This document shows, in pieces, positions 12,419 to 24,884 of a DNA stretch of 49,504 nucleotides. The stretch covers positions 73,365,894 to 73,415,397 of the forward strand of contig NC_057711.1 in the NCBI RefSeq assembly GCF_004010195.1, given 5' to 3'. Numbering within the stretch: the stretch's first letter is position 1; each line of letters opens with the position of its first letter. The DNA comes from Chiloscyllium plagiosum (taxonomy: Eukaryota). Both the position numbers and the translations under genes were made by a program. The notes beneath the pieces were generated by a model. The model ran no database searches. It was not told the DNA's origin and saw only the letters and a list, made by a program, of their open reading frames with translations.

Positions 12419-13600
12419 ATGGCTCTTTCAGTCACAAGGAGCTTTCTGGGGGTGGAAGAAGTGACTTTGGAGGTTTTACAAAAAGATAAACAAGACAAAG
12501 CTGCTGGAATTGGCAAACAGGCTGGAATGGAAATTCCTGGTGTTTCCAAAGAAGGATGCTGTTCTAACTGAAATAGCTCAACGTTTAAATGTGCTGGAAA
12601 GCCCATTAGAATCTTTGGAAATGGCTCTTACATTGATCAAGAGGTTCTGGGGTTTGAAGACGTTTCCCAAATTTGCCAAGGAAGTTTAGAAAGACAGAGG
12701 AAGGATATAGCTTTAGAATTAGCAAACAGGGTAGGAATTGGGTTTAACCAGGGACCAAAGGAAAGCTGAAATGGTAATGTTTGGGTATATCAGAGAAATA
12801 AAAAAGTGCAGTGGAGTTAGAAAATTTTAAATTGCAAGTGAGGTAACAGAGTTAGAAGATAAACGAAAGGGAAAGGACGAACATGGTCGAAGATAAAGTC
12901 GGGGTGAGACGATTTTTAGCTGAACAAAAAGAAGAAGGCCCGAGCAGAAGAAAAGAAAAAGGAAAGAGAGAGANNNNNNNNNNNNNNNNNNNNNNNNNNN
13001 NNNNNNNNNNNNNNNNNNNNNNNNNNNNNNNNNNNNNNNNNNNNNNNNNNNNNNNNNNNNNNNNNNNNNNNNNNNNNNNNNNNNNNNNNNNNNNNNNNNN
13101 NNNNNNNNNNNNNNNNNNNNNNNNNGAGAGAGAGAAGAGAGAGAGAAGAGAGAGAGAGAAGAGAGAGAGGAAAAGAGAGAGAGAAAAGAGAGAGAGAAAA
13201 GAGAGAGAGAAAAGAGAGAGAGAAAAGAGAGAGAATCTGAACTTAAGAAGTTGTGATTTAACAGGAGTTCAAAAATTCACTTCCTGAGCTAGTGAAAGCT
13301 TATGTGGAAGAGCAGATTTAAAACGACAAGATTAGCAGCTGAAATGGCTGATGATTATGAGTTGGTCCATAAATCAAAGTTTGGCTTCCAACGTCAGTTT
13401 CAATCCGTGAAGGATAGAAATTGGGGAAGAGAAAAATCCTCACGTGGTAAGGGAAAGGTAGGTCTCGGTGAAGATCATAAGGATAATTTACCACAGGGTA
13501 AAAAGGAAACCCTTGAAGGAGAAAGAAGTTAAAAAAGCTCCGGTGTTTTCACTGTAATAAAGTAGGCCACATGAAATCAGTGTTGGTGGGTGAGAAAGAA
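12419..13600 (+). pseudogene. gag remnant with (GA)n coiled-coil tract and CCHC knuckle
   Basis: KTTRLAAEMADDY (ORF 13302); CFHCNKVGHMKS-C at ~13544-13586; GA-rich repeat 12960-13233 with N-gap. Confidence 0.75.
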
Positions 13601-13779
13601 CGCTTGGAAGATAGATGTAGGAAAACAGGATAAGCCAGTGAATTTTGTTGGAGTGGTAATGGAAAGTACAGTGGAGGCTAAAAAGCGGCACCAGAATGTA
13701 CAAGCTGGTCAGAGGCTGGTTAAGGAGGAAGTGCCAGGTCTTCTTAAACCATATACTTGCGAGGGTAATTTACTCACAT

Positions 13780-14170
13780 AGGCCAGGAGCAGCAGGTAAG
13801 GAGGTTACAATATTAAGAGATACTGGATTCTCTCAATCTTTGATGTTGAAAGGTGATGAGATATGTACCAGCAAAGGTGTTAATAACAAGAATTCATGGT
13901 AAGACAAGTGCTCAATTATGTAAAGTGAGGTAAGAGTGTCCAGTGAAGAGTGGAGAAGTCATAGTAGGAGTACTGAACAAACTCAGAGTTCCAGGAATAA
14001 AATTTGTCCTTGCTAATGATTTGGCTGGTTTACAGACAGGAGTGCTGCCTACTGTGGTTGAAAAGCCAGTGGAAACTCAGGCAACTGAACTATTAAAAGA
14101 TGCATATCCTGGGACTTTTCCTGACTGTGTAGTAACAAGGTCACAAAGCTACCAGCTGAAATGGGAGTGA
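13780..14170 (+). pseudogene. Aspartic protease remnant
   Basis: VTILRDTGFSQSL (Asp codon at 13819) and FVLANDLAG. Confidence 0.8.
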
Positions 14171-14329
14171 TCCAAGAGTACAGATAAGAAACTTGCAGTG
14201 GAATTAGCCAAGACTGTTTGCTGAAATGGTTGAAACAACCTAGGAGCACATTGACGACAAAGCAGACATCTTTAGTTCAGAGAAATTAACTGAGTTACAG
14301 CAGAAAGGTGAGAAACTAAACCAATTGTA

Positions 14330-16256
14330 TCAAAAGGCTTACATGGAAAAAGATTCCGAATGTATCCCTGAATGCTACTACCTTAAAAATGATGTCTTAA
14401 TGAGGAAATGGAGACCAGTACACATTCAGGCAGATGAGAAATGGACAGAAGTTCATCAACTCATATTGCCAGTGGGTTATAGAAAGGAGGTGATGTTGCA
14501 GGTAGCGCACAAATTACCAGTAGGTCATTTAGGGGTAAGAAAAACTCAAGCTAAAATACAAAAACATTTGTTTTTGGCCTGGACTGCACAAGGATGTAGT
14601 TAAGTTTTGCCAGACACGTCATACATGTCAGGTAACTGGAAAACCACAGGTAGTAATAAAACCCACACCTTAATACCTATTGCTGCATTTGAGGAACCTT
14701 TTACAAGAGTCTTAATTGATTGCATAGGACCCTTACCTAAAACAAAAAAGTGGGAATCAGTATTTGTTAACAATAATGAATGTTTCCACGAGATTTACAG
14801 AAGCCATTCCATTACGCAATATCACAGCTAATAGGGTTATGGAGGAATTACTCAAATTTTTCATAGTTTCATATTAATAGAAGCAGGAGGCAGCAATTTG
14901 GCCTGTCCAGCCAGCTCCACCATTCAGTAAGATCATGGCTGATCTATCCATTGTCTCAGTTCCTCCTACCTGCATTACCCCATAACCCTAAAGTCCCCAA
15001 CCATGGAAAAAATCATCCAAATGTGTCTTGAATATATTTAATGAAGCTGCCTCCACTGCTTCTACTCTGTGGGAAAAGCAGTTCCTCCTCATCTTTGTCC
15101 TAAATCTATTCCCCTTTATCTTGAAGTCACATCCCCTAGTCTCACCCACCAGCGGAAACAACTTACCTGCCGCTATCTTGTCTATCCCTTTCATAATTTT
15201 ATTTTTCTAAGATCCCTTCTCATTCTCCTAAATTCTAGCAAGTACAGTTCCAAGTGGCTCACCCTCTCCTCATAAGGTAACCCCCTCATCTCTGGAATCT
15301 ACCTGGTGAAGCTCCTCGGCACTGCCTCCAAAGCCAGTATATCCTTCCTCAAGTGATGAGACCAGAACTGCGCACAATACCGAGGGTGCGACTTCACCAA
15401 CATCTTGTACAATTGCAGCAGAACCTCCCTACTCTTAAATTCAATCTCTCTAACAATGAAAGTCAATATTCTGTTTGCTTTCCTGATTACCTGTTGCACC
15501 TGCAAATCAACTTTTGGCGATACATATATGAGCTCTCCTAAGCCCCTCACTAGATATGGACTATCCACAGAGATAGAATCAGATCAAGGGTCAAATTTTA
15601 CCTCAAAATTATTCAAGAAAGTTATGGACAGCTTAGGGATAAAACAATTCAAATCTACTGCATACTACCAGAAATACAGGGAGTGCTAGAAAAGTGGCAT
15701 GAGATATTATTGAGGACCTATAATCAACACTATCGAGATGATTGGGATAAAGGAATGTCATATGTACTTTTTGCCTTCAGAGGTGGACCAAATGAATTGA
15801 CCAAATTCGGACCATTTGAATTAGTGTTTGAGCATGAAGTGAGAGGACCACTAAAATTGATTAAGGAGAAATTGTTAAGTCATAACTCAAACTACATATT
15901 TGGACTACATGTCAGATCTTGGGAACAGTTAAAGAGAGGCAGGGAGCTGGCTAGACAGCATTTCAAAGTATCACAGCATACTATGAAAGAGGAAGCAGGC
16001 AAGGAATCAAAAACTATTTGCTATCGGGGATAAGGTGTTACTTCCAGGGAAAGGTGAACCTTTAAAAGCAAGGTTTAATGTACCTTATCAAGTCAAAAGG
16101 AAATTGAGTGAGGTGAACTATATGATAATGACCCTCCAGACAGAAAGAAATCTCACAGAGTGTGGTGTGAATATGTTCAAAAGGTATTTTGACAGGGAAG
16201 GAAAACAAAAGGAGACTGTGTTACTGGTTACAACACAGAGTGAAGAACCAAGTTGA
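14330..16256 (+). pseudogene. Integrase remnant, split by a CR1 insertion at 14864-15546
   Basis: AHKLPVGHLGVRKT (HHCC region), VLIDCIGPLPKT, IESDQGSNFTS, GPY/F-like ARFNVPYQV. Confidence 0.88.
14864..15546 (-). mobile_element. CR1 LINE 3' fragment nested in the integrase
   Basis: ORF 15299..15568 (-) REVLLQLYKMLVKSHPRYCAQFWS; removing it restores KFFTRYGL. Confidence 0.9.
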
Positions 16257-16371
16257 GAGGATTCAAAATTGGACATTCCTCAAATTGAATTCCACAATGA
16301 GGAAATTGTCAAAAATTGGGATAAATTATTGAGTTAACTTCCAGAAGACAATCAAAATGTCCTAAGAGTTA

Positions 16372-17645
16372 TTGCTATCACATGGGAAGATATATGGAAA
16401 TAAGGTGGGAAGTACTAACCTAAATATGCTTCACTTAGTTATAGGAGATGCTGTTCCAATTAAGCATAACCTTCTAAAGTTAGCACAGATTCAAAAGGAG
16501 ACTGAACACATGTTCCAAGATGACATTATCGAAGTGAGTTACAGTGACTGGAGCTCACCCATAGCAATGGCGCCAAAACCAGATGGTACCCAACGGTTAT
16601 GTGTGAACTATCGCATATCCAATTCCACATTTGGAAGAATGTATTGAAAAGGTGGGACAAGCAACTTATTTCAAGTTGGACTTGCTCCGAGGATACTGGC
16701 AGGTACCTCTGTCTGAAAGAGCAAAGATTATTTCAGCTTTCGTAATGCTGAATGGACTATATCAATTTTAAAAAGGTATGAAAAATGTGCCAGCACATTT
16801 CAAGGGCTAACCAATAAGGTCATTTCCAGATTACCAAATTGTATTGTCCATATGGATGACCTGGTGATTTTTAGTCAAACATGGACGGAACATTTGCAAC
16901 ATTTATCACAGCTATTCAATCAACTTCGGGAGGCAAACTTGGTGATAAACCTGGTTAAAAGTGAATTTGCCAAAACCCAAGTCAAATTCCTGGGCTACGT
17001 TATTGAACGTGGACAAATGGCCCTACAGAATGCAATAAGAAAAGGTAACTGTGCAGTTTCCCATGCCATCAACACAAAAAAAGCGTATTACAATCCCTGG
17101 GATTGAGTGGATTTTGTTGGAAATTCACACCAAATTTTAGCAATGTGACTCCTCTACTCAGTGAATTACTAAAGAAAAGCAAGACGTTTCAGTGGAAAAT
17201 AGACTATCAGAGGGCATTTAACAGCTTGAAAGCTGTGTTAACCTCTGCCCCAGTGTTAGCCACACCTAATTATGTGCAGCAATTCAAGGTGGATATCGAT
17301 TCAAGTGATGTGGGTGTTGGTGCTGTGTCACAGGAAGATGATGAGAGGATAGAAAGACCGATCAGGTATTTCTCCAGGAAATTTCATGAGCAGAAATATA
17401 TTTGACGGTTGAGACGGAGACTTTGAGCTTGGTGTTGGTGTTACAATATTTCAATGTTTATGTTACCAGTAATTTATCTGAGACAATCATATGCACTGAT
17501 AACCCACTGAAATTTGTGGAGAAATTGAAGGACAAAAATTCTAGACAGTGTTTAGATGAAGCTTGTTGTTACAGCTATTCAATTTGAAAATTGTGCACGT
17601 AGCAGGATAAGAAAATGTGATTGCCGATGCATTACCAAGGCTTGG
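16372..17645 (+). pseudogene. Reverse transcriptase and RNase H remnant
   Basis: SDWSSPIAMAPKPDGTQRLCVNYR, LDLLRGYWQVPL, HMDD (YxDD equivalent) at 16849-16860, DSSDVGVGAV, ENVIADAL. Confidence 0.9.
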
Positions 17646-17825
17646 ATAAGAAACAGAGGTGTTCAGTGACGGGAGTAAACAAGCAAACAGAATGTAATAG
17701 TGCATGTTTGCATGTTTATTGTTAATGCAATGTATACATATGTTGCAGTGTAATAACAGTGTAAGATTAAGGAGTTTTAAAATGAAGCCATCTTTGAATA
17801 TTGATTTTTTTTTAAAGAGAAGAGG

Positions 17826-18279
17826 TATGATGATGCTGCTCCTTTAACAAGGTTGTGTTATCCTTGGTGTTTTTCAAAAGGGTTGTACAAGACAGAGTTG
17901 CCAATTAGTCTGGGTTTTAGAGCTTTTAATTAGAGAGAAGAGATTGCCTAAGGCCATAACAGGCAAAAGGCTTCCAAGATTTTTTTTAAAAAACCCTTGT
18001 ACAATGAAAGGGGAATGGCCAGTTCTCCCAGCTCAGTTTTTTTGCTGGTTTGGCTTCAGTAGTCTGGCTGATCAGAGCTGCTTTCAGATGTTAGCTGGGA
18101 ATCCAAAGAAACAACGACATGGAAGAAGGTGTTCCATGCTGAATCTCTGACATTTCTCTCTCTCCTGTAAGACCGTGTGTTTGATTTTAACTTTTTGCCA
18201 AGGGGTGTTTATGGGGATTGTTGCAGGAATTTGAAACAGTGTCATTCAGTTGGGATAATCTGTTGGATTTTTGGATAGG
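17826..18279 (+). repeat. 3' LTR, 3'-truncated; preceded by polypurine tract
   Basis: Direct repeat of 11641-12079; PPT AAAGAGAAGAGG at 17814-17825. Confidence 0.88.
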
Positions 18280-18473
18280 CAGCATTGTAGTATTGACGAC
18301 AGCATAAAATTACAACAGGCTATCAATAGATTAGTGAACTATCAAACAGTAAGTGATAACATGTCAGTTTGTATAGCAGGCATATGGAGTCAGGTCATAG
18401 ATCAGCCATGATATTCTTGAATAATGGAGCAACTTTGAGGGACTGAATGGCCTACTTCTGTTCCTATGTTCCC
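18280..18473 (+). mobile_element. Deleted CR1 fragments including the 3' tail
   Basis: GATCAGCCATGAT...GAATGGCCTACTTCTGTTCCTATGTTC matches the CR1 tail at 42958-43030. Confidence 0.65.
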
Positions 18474-19179
18474 AAATGACAGGTCACACATTCCACTCAG
18501 CTGACCTTACTTGCCAAGATTTAAACTTGAATTTACTTACTCTTACAAACTCCTTACAACTTGTAAAATACACACAAAAAAAGCAAAAAGTACCCCTTGC
18601 CCTCTGTAACAAATTCCCACTGTGCTCCAATTTTCCAGAAATTGACTGTACCTCACTCTCTACCAACAACTGTTCTTGCCAAGGCAAGACCGACTTGCTA
18701 TTGGAAAAAAATTTTATGCTGGGGAATAAAATTAGATTAAACAATTTGTACTGCGATGGAACATGGAGGATAGATTCCTGAGGTGATTTTTTTTTTTAAG
18801 TTTTCCCATTGGGGAATTGTGAAATGGGATTTTCCCATTTAAAATTGTTTTTTTTAAATCCTGTCCATTTTGAAACCAAGGCAGCAAACTACATGACTGC
18901 AACATCTAGAGGAAACAAAGTCAAACTGCTGGAGGATAAAATGGAAAATGCACCACTTCAATTCTTTGATTAAGCACAACTCCAGTTGTGGCAGAGGATA
19001 TAAAATTGCTCTCTTTCTGCTACTTCTTACAAGGCTGTTTAAAAAAAAATGACAAATACTTGACTGAACAATTTCCATTGCTAACGTGATTATGGTAAAA
19101 CAACAAATAATCGATGGACAGAATAGTTCTGTGAAGTATAATGCTTGGATTTCAAAAAATCTTATTAATTTGAGAGACT

Positions 19180-19509
19180 ATGGTCAACACCAACTGAGCC
19201 AGCATTTACTGCCCATCCCTAATTGACCAGAGGGCAGTTAATAATCAATGACATTGCTGCAGGTCTGGAGTTACATGTTATCAGACCAGGTAATGATAAA
19301 AGACTTTCATTCCGAAAAGAACATTAGTGAATTAGATGAACTTTATGACAATCATCAGCCGTTTAATGATTATCATCCGGCTAGCCTACTGTTTCAGATA
19401 ATTATTGAATTCAAATTTCACCATTTGCTATGTTGGGATTTGAACCAGTGAGCCCAGAACATTGGTTGGATTCTGGGTTGCTTAATCCAGTGACATTTAC
19501 CACTAAAGC
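19180..19509 (-). mobile_element. Second tRNA-derived SINE family; head split by the hAT element
   Basis: Reverse complement resembles 21410-21770; remaining head sequence resumes at 20698-20715. Confidence 0.65.
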
Positions 19510-20697
19510 CAATGGTTTTCAACCAGTGTGCTGTGAGAACTGTGCAAAAGTGCCATGAAATTTTTGTACAGAGGTAATGAGAATCAAGGTTAAAAAAAGC
19601 ATTGTTTCATCTTTCACAATATGCTACCTAACCAAAGTAACTCTCAAAACTTGTGAAAATCAATTAAATTAGAAGCCAGGTATTGGTCTATTGGTTCTAA
19701 AATGTGATCATTCTAAACGCAGGTGGCCAAAGGACTATATTGAATTGATCTGATTGCCTTTACGAATTATCATAGAAACCATTGGTATTTGTGTGTTTTT
19801 TCGTTGGTAGTAAAATAACATTAAACAAGCAAAATTGGTATATGTATCTAAATGGCCTGTATCCACATTTCTTTGCAAAATCCATTTTATTTCCCCAGAT
19901 CGAAGAATCAATGAATAAGTTTATTGTCAAAAGAGGCAATTTCTCAACTAATTCAGTGATATATGAAATATCTGAACTCAAAGCAACAAAGAGAGCATGA
20001 ACTGTTCAGAGATAGTATAATGAGAGCTATCCAGTTTCTGGATTTTCATGAACTGGAGACGCCACTTGCTCTTTTCCTGACTGTTACAACTACAGGGAGA
20101 AGTTGACAAATGCTGCGATTGTACCAAGTAAGTTAAAACTCGATTTGCTGACAAAACTCCCATCACTTGTGAATGAAGGCATTCAGTACTACAAGAGCTT
20201 GAAAGAACAAAACATGAAATAGACCCAACGTCTGATCGAATGCATCAGACATAAGCTCAAGAGTCTAGTTCCCGTGGCTGAGCTTGTAGCAAAATCAATT
20301 AAGCACAATACCATTGCTGAAACCTGAATAATGGCTGCATGTTTAAAAAAAGTCACAGGTGTGATGTCAGGAGGTGAGGATGCAAAAGAGGTTGACAAAA
20401 TTCCATTCTCATAATACTGTTAAACGGCAAATTGATGAAATGTCAGCTAGAAAAGGAGGTGTTGCAACAGAAGACAGCTATGAATGGAAAAAATACATGG
20501 TTTTCCCAGTGAATTTTAAACATTAATGCATTCTATCTTTCACCCTTGTATGCATTATGTTGCAAGCCTAGTAAGATTGCAACAATAGTAAATGTGATGT
20601 CCATGAGCAATAAATCCAGCTGAAAAAAGGGCTTACACCATGGAATTGTTGGCCTCATTGCAGTATGTCAGATTACAGAAACGATTGAAAGCCATTG
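19510..20697 (+). mobile_element. Internally deleted hAT DNA transposon (Buster/Charlie-like)
   Basis: TIRs CAATGGTTTTCAACC / GATTGAAAGCCATTG; flanks CACTAAAGC / CACTATGC (nnnTAnnn type); transposase remnants YNESYPVSGFS*TGD and VAELVAKSIKHNTIAET*IMAAC...IPFS-NTVKRQIDEMS. Confidence 0.85.
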
Positions 20698-21409
20698 CAC
20701 TATGCCAACACCTCCCCAGTTCTTTTCCCTACATAGAGATTTCCATGAGGTGAAATTTTTAATAATGCTTTTTTAAAGCTACCTTCAATGAAGATTAATT
20801 AATTGATATACAAGATCTTATTCTCCTCAGTTAAGGACATATTTACTTATGGACAATAAATCAAGTAAAATACTATTTACTATTTTGGCTTTAAAGACAT
20901 TACATGCAGGCTAGAACTTCGTAGTTTTATATGAACACATTGAGACTTTGGGCCATACATAACTCAGTGATGCTCATTCCAAAGCTACATGCAAAAACAT
21001 TATGCATGATGCTCCATTTTTTTTTCCTCCTTCCTGTCCAAACAATTCATCATTAATCAATGAGATGAAACAAACACTCAACCACGTCACTTTACTTCAT
21101 AGAAATTTCAGAGAATACTATGCCTGGTCCTTACTATTTGATTGCAAGTGTATTACTCAAATGTCTACGAAGGAAGCAAATATTCTTTTGAGATGCTCTA
21201 ACATTACTAATATGTGATTCTCAATCTTTTCTTGGCTCAATGGGTTCTTTATGAGTGGGTTAGTAATTATGGAGCCATTCGTCTACATTGTAACAATTAT
21301 ATAGCATTACAATGTTAAGATATTGTACATTAAGAGCAGTTTAATCTGTTCTAAGACATCTGTATACACTTGGGGGGAGAAGAGGGGGAGACGGAATAAT
21401 GAATTTGAT

Positions 21410-21770
21410 TTTGTCCCGTAATCCAGGAGCCTAGGCTAATTTTAAGAGGATATAGGTTGTAATCCAAACATGACAGATGGCAAAATTTGAATTTAGTTAA
21501 ATCTGGAATAAAAAGGCTAGTCCAATGGAGACTACGTAAACGTTGTCAATTGTCGTCAACTCATCTGGTTCGCAAATGTCCTTTACGGAAGGAAACCTGC
21601 TATCCTTCACAAGTCTGGTCTATTATGACTCCAGACTCAGAGCAATATTATCTTATTGCCCTCTGAAATGGCTCAGCAAGCTACTCTGTTCAATGGCAAC
21701 TAGGGAAGGGCAAATGTTTGCCTGGCCAAGGATGTCCACATTCTACACAAGAATAAAAGCGAACGTAGAG
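21410..21770 (+). mobile_element. Second SINE family copy
   Basis: Homologous to 19180-19509 (-), 28555-28800 and 40545-40835. Confidence 0.6.
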
Positions 21771-22271
21771 ATACCACCCTAGTGTGATGTTCAAAAATGA
21801 CTTTTTTTTTTAAAAAGGCATCTTTTAAAAGCTTTTTTTTTGTTATTCAGGGAGAAATCAATGGAATAGAACAAACTACCCTTAAAAAATCCCATACATT
21901 TTAAAAGTCATTTAAAAAGTCACATTTAACTCAGTATAGAATGTAATAACCCTGCAATACACTGGGAAACCAGTTAAGAATGGTCAGAGATTAATTTGAC
22001 ATCCTTCTGTATTCTCTTGAGTAACAATGTATCAATACAAGAGGCTTCAAATTTAATTAGCTTTTTCTCTGTCACTGTCATGAGAATTTAACCAAATGTC
22101 TGTCTTTTTAATCAGTGCCAGCGAGTCCTGAGTAACCATATAAGATGAGTTCCATGGCATCCTGAATTGTTGCTCACACTGCTCAACCAGGCAGGGAAAA
22201 TTCAACAGGTCACAGAGAGAACAAAAACTGCTGTGTTCTTTACTGCTATCAGTAAAGTATAATCGAGTCTT

Positions 22272-22400
22272 ATTCCTGAAGAAGGGCTCTGGCCCGAACC
22301 GTCGATTTTCCTGCTCCTCTGATATTGCCTGACCTGCTGTGCTTTTTCAGCATCACACTAATCTTGACTCTAATCTCCAGCATCTGCAGTACCCACCTCC
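22272..22400 (+). mobile_element. PLE-derived mini-element starting at an HHR motif
   Basis: ATTC-CTGAAGA-AGGGCTCTGGCCC-GAAC-CGTC-GATT (GAAA changed to GAAC); same family as 25174-25305, 36327-36446, 48943-49031. Confidence 0.75.
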
Positions 22401-22424
22401 ACCTATAATGCAGCATAATCTAGT

Positions 22425-22655
22425 GAACCTCGCACTCAGCCACAGACTCCATCAACAAGCACATGGACTGATACCGAATATACAGGCCACTATAATGAAC
22501 AACTGGAACCAGCAACCGGAAACAGAAATAAATTCCACAAGACACAGCACAGCAGAGTTTCACAGGAAGCTTCAAAGCACTGAAAAGGTCACCTAGACAT
22601 GGAATAAAATGTCTACAAATCAACCTATCAGCTCAGCAAACATACCTACAACCAT
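22425..22655 (+). mobile_element. Old Penelope-like 3' end
   Basis: Resembles 8240-8415 (CACTGA...GTCACCTAG...GTCT...CAGCTCAGCAAAC). Confidence 0.55.
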
Positions 22656-22767
22656 GTTAACCTAGCAAAATTGGAAATACTACTTGTGAATGTTAGAAAC
22701 AAAGCTTGTTCATAAAAAGCAACTTTGTGACAGTAGAGTTTAGGAAACATATTAGCCTTCAAGATCA

Positions 22768-22878
22768 AAACCAGAAATCGCTGGAGAAACTCAGCACTCT
22801 GGCAGCATCTGTGGAAAGAAATGATTTCTCTCCACAGATGCTGCCAGACCTGCTGAGCTTTTCCAATATCTGTAGTTC
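22768..22878. repeat. Short palindrome of two PLE mini-element arms
   Basis: CTGGCAGCATCTGTGGAAAGAAAT / ATTTCTCTCCACAGATGCTGCCAG inverted arms with almost no spacer. Confidence 0.75.
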
Positions 22879-23823
22879 TTTCGGGTTTTCATTTTGCTTT
22901 CAGAATGATTGAGTCGTTATGCCTCAATTAAAAAATTACACGCCAGTTTTACACTTAATGACATTTCAAATTAATCAGATGGTAACTCAGAATTGCACAT
23001 GAAAATTCACTTCTATATACAAAGGGCCAGAATTTCTGAACAGTGGCAATCTCACAGATTTGAGTCTGGGTGTTAAGTCTGGGCAGTGTCTAATCTGGCG
23101 TGTGTAAGTGGTTGTATGTGTGAAGTACGTACAGAGTCAATGTGACTCCTGAGTGACTTTTAAACTAAGGATTTAAATATCTAACTTTTCCTGAGTAACT
23201 ATTTTACATTTGTTTCATTTGAACCCACTGATGTCTTTGATTTTAATGGAGATATTCAGAAGATTCCAGGCAGAGAGGGATTGCTCAATGGAATTTTTAA
23301 TCTCCCTGACAATTCCTTCGGAGTGTGCCTTGATGCTAGTTCCACAAGGTGCTGAAATAATGACAATCTGGTGAATGGAAAATCCAGGCCAAAAAGTTCT
23401 CAAAGTTGAATATCACAGCTTTAACAAAAACCTGACTTGCCACAAAACCTCCCACGCTAAGCGAAAGATGTAAAGTAGGGGTGATATTTTTAGCCAGAGA
23501 ATAACACAATCCGCTGATCAAACCACAACTAATATTCAAACAGTAAATGAACTGAGCAATACATGTGACATAATATTTAATAATAGCTAGCAGTTAATCC
23601 AATACACAGCATACACATAGAAGACAAACATGCAATTGAAATATGGTATTGGTTGCATTGCCCTGCAAACTGAAATACATTAAAAATAAATTTGGAAGCA
23701 GTTCCTCAAGAGAGTGAGCATTTGGGAGAAGCATAGTCAGCTGAGGTTGCGGTTTCTGAGCTTCCAGTTAAGAGGAACTAACTTCCCTTTATCCTCCTGA
23801 ATTGGAATTCCAAACAAACACAG

Positions 23824-24052
23824 TGCAGTGAGGTTACAGAATACGAGTTCCCTGATAGGACCAGAATAACAGCCCCAATCAGGGAGCCCTAGCTGACAGA
23901 TAAGAACAAGAATGTCAGTGGTTCTATTCACTCAAAGCCGGCTCTGAGGGAGCTGGATCAGTGTCAAGGACTCTCCAAATCTAAATAAAGGTTGACTTGG
24001 TGACAGGATAGACTAGACTAGACTAGAAAATGGCCTCTGTGGAGTTATTTCA
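23824..24052 (+). mobile_element. Solo LTR (229 bp)
   Basis: TG...CA termini, perfect 5-bp TSD CACAG (23819-23823, 24053-24057), AATAAA; homologous to 10239-10447. Confidence 0.82.
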
Positions 24053-24884
24053 CACAGCATCAGCTGACAACCAGTTTCGTACATTTTCCCAGTTACAGAA
24101 TTAAAAGGTTTCCTGTTTCCTACAGTTGACAAGTATGAGAGGGCTGTGTTCACATCAATTTACAGCTTTGCAAAACCAATGAATCAGATTGACGGCAGCT
24201 CTGAAACATTTTTGTTAAGTATTTGGAATCAATTTTTTCAGACATGGTATGACCCATCTCCAGAAAAATTCACATGTAACCACTTCTGTTTTCCAAAACT
24301 GTTACAAAATGGCTACAATGTTAACTCTTGAATTACACAAACACAATTGCAAAATACTGCAGATACTGGAAGTCTGAAACCACACTCCCTCCCATTTTCT
24401 GTAAATACCAATATTTGAGGAAGGAATTAAGAGTTAATGTTGTAGGTCGATTACCTTTTTAGGTCCTAAAAGCTTTTGATTAAAATATCAACATTAGGGA
24501 AAGTTGCATTCGAAACAAGTAGTTAAGTGGCAACCTCCAAGTCACTTTTTGTGAGCATCAAGTCACAACCGTCTTCATTTTCTCCCTTGGAGGAGGTGGA
24601 GAATAGCATCCCTCAGGAATGGGCTGGTAAGTTTAAAGTTCTGACCTCATTTTGGTCCTGCCAACTTGGATTCACTCAGTGGTGAGGGGAAACATCAATT
24701 CAGGAACCCACTCTTGGGAGACACATTCAGTGCAAACTACCTCCTTAGTGCAATAACCCACTCACTAGCCACAAAGCGCAGCAATTCCAAGTAACATGAC
24801 ACCTTATACACAAATTATTTTATTTAAATTATTCAAATATTTCAAACCCTAACTATACTCAGAGCTCAGACTTCAAGTAATAAA

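Larger units (their letters stand above)
11641..18279 (+). mobile_element. Gmr1-like Ty3/Gypsy LTR retrotransposon, decayed (gag-PR-IN-RT-RH)
   Basis: Two LTRs, PBS-like site, PPT, and pol motifs in the order protease, integrase, RT, RNase H; many stops and frameshifts. Confidence 0.92.

Noticed and set aside
12883..13287. Arg/Glu/Lys-rich ORF
   Set aside because: Translation of a (GA)n tract plus N-gap within retrotransposon gag.
24111..24331. Plus-strand acceptor TTTCCTGTTTCCTACAG followed by an open frame; also a small exon-like piece at ~24593-24626
   Set aside because: No convincing paired splice sites or recognisable peptide; chance level.
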